Part shown: positions 62,346-64,000 of the stretch, piece by piece | Layout of the letters: every line of letters starts with the position of its first letter | How positions within the stretch are numbered: the first letter of the stretch is position 1 | Source: Oculina patagonica | Lineage: Eukaryota | Assembly (NCBI RefSeq): GCF_052425735.1 | Contig: NC_135767.1 | Span: forward strand, 6,820,001 to 6,884,000 | Length of the DNA stretch: 64,000 nt | Direction: 5' to 3' | The notes under the pieces: model-generated | What the model was told of the DNA's origin: nothing | The model's input: only the letters and a program-made list of their open reading frames with translations | Database searches by the model: none | Position numbers and translations under genes: made by a program

Positions 62346-64000
62346 TATTGTTACAATGTGTAGTTACAGTTCGCAGGATGAAGCGATAATGCTGCGCATG
62401 GCGTGTGAGCGGTTTCGTTCCCGCATTTCGTGAAGGTGAGCTGTTCGCCCAAGGGTTTTGGTCCCCTGGTAGGCAGGGAATGCACCAGAAATCACGATCT
62501 TCGCATCCCGCAGAGGGTTATAAGCGGGACAGTCACTCCATGGACAGCGGTATTTATTTTCGCGCCGCATAGTAAAATTCCCTTGATCGAAGAATGCCCC
62601 GCTAATGTTCGAGGGCTAGGGGGTCAAATGACTGGTGCGTTAGTTTGTGAGCTACGATATCTAGAAAATTTTTATTTCCCGCCCAAAAACAGCTGTAACG
62701 TTTCCTTGTTACGAATCTGTAGGAAACGAAACCTGCGAGAAACTGTTTTTAAGGCTCATTTCTAAAAGGTCTAAAAGCGAAGCGGAGTAAACAACATTTC
62801 GACTTTGAAAAGGGAGCAAAAATAGCGCTTATGGTGGCTCGCGATGCTTTGGAGCTTTCCGTTTGGGAATTCTATTATAGTTCGCAGGATGAAGCGAATG
62901 AGAAACATTTAGTGAGAAGTATTGGAAGTGTATAGTTAGGTGTTTAGCATTTGTAAGTCAACAGAGTTAGATGCCTTCTTATTTCTGCCTCGTCCCCGGT
63001 CCCTCGCGATCGTTGGGAGAAAATCCTCCCACTCGCGCTACGCGCTCGCTCCCAATCCTCCCACTCGCTCTCTATCAGAATCCGTGCTCAATGGGCCTTG
63101 GAAAAGCCTGTGGAGGAGGCAGTTCTTATTTTACATTTAACTCTTTTTTAAGTACTGAACAGGGCTAAATGTTGCTTTATTATGCGTTTTTAACTTAAAA
63201 ACGTATTTCGATCAACAATCCCGTGGATCGTTTCGAAACGTTTTTTTATTCCGCTTATAAGCCCTCCCGGATATAAGCCCCTCCGCTCATAAGCCCACCC
63301 AAAATCCCTTACGAAGTTGTATAAGCCCAGGGCTTATAACCGGAATTTTACGGTATCACGTCACGAAACTGTTAATGAAATGAACACTTGCAAAATATTC
63401 TTTAATGAAAAGGGATCGTGTGATTGATCTTCAAAACCGTTCAAAAACACATTTACAACGTAACTTTGCAACATGCAAGCAAGCGTATAACCATGCAAAT
63501 GTGTCCTTTTGAGTAGAAAAAGAAACTAAAATATAGTCCTACAATTTTTACAGTAATAAATATGATACAAGGAAAAATGTTTGTAGCCTAGATAAATGCA
63601 AATTATTCTCTCATCTCTCCGTCCTCCTCTTCTTCATCTACTCCACGTACATAAAGAACATTGTTACACCTGAAAAATATTTTGGATGGAAATTAAGAAA
63701 TTGAAAACATTTTCTGTGCCTCTATCGAGTTTAATTAGACATTAAGGCTTGCTTCAAGTCGACCTCTTGGAAAGTCGTTAGTATACGTTTTCCCGTGCAA
63801 GCTCACATATGGGGAAATTAATATTGGAAAGGGCTTTAAGGACAGTGTAGTAGACACTGCATCTTCTATTGGAAATCTGCAGATCTGATCTTGGTTCTCT
63901 TATATTGTCTTCCCCCTGATACATGTAGAATGTGCTCTTAAAGGCACAGACATATGAAGAAACATGTCTGGCAACATGCAGGGGCAAATTAGAATCACCT

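Overview
AT-rich, intron-containing animal DNA. The repeat families and gene structures suggest a cnidarian, probably a stony coral; that assignment is an inference. Four multi-exon genes can be assembled by hand with GT-AG junctions and continuous frames: two divergently oriented secreted DNA/RNA non-specific (ENDOD1-like, betabeta-alpha-Me) endonuclease paralogs (16710-21766 minus; 34940-39054 plus), imidazolonepropionase AMDHD1 (8 exons, minus) and CFAP100/CCDC37 (21 exons, plus), the last two head-to-head. The most striking structure is the ~15 kb between the two nuclease bodies. It holds seven copies of a promoter + signal-peptide first-exon cassette: five face the left gene and two face the right. 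Six are intact with a phase-1 GT donor that splices in frame onto exon 2. The array was built by a ~3 kb tandem duplication and a ~3.5 kb inverted repeat. The first 13 kb is diverged copies of the same upstream module, interrupted by an 8.3 kb Helentron-like element with nested TIR elements. Many MITEs and tRNA-derived SINEs are scattered throughout.
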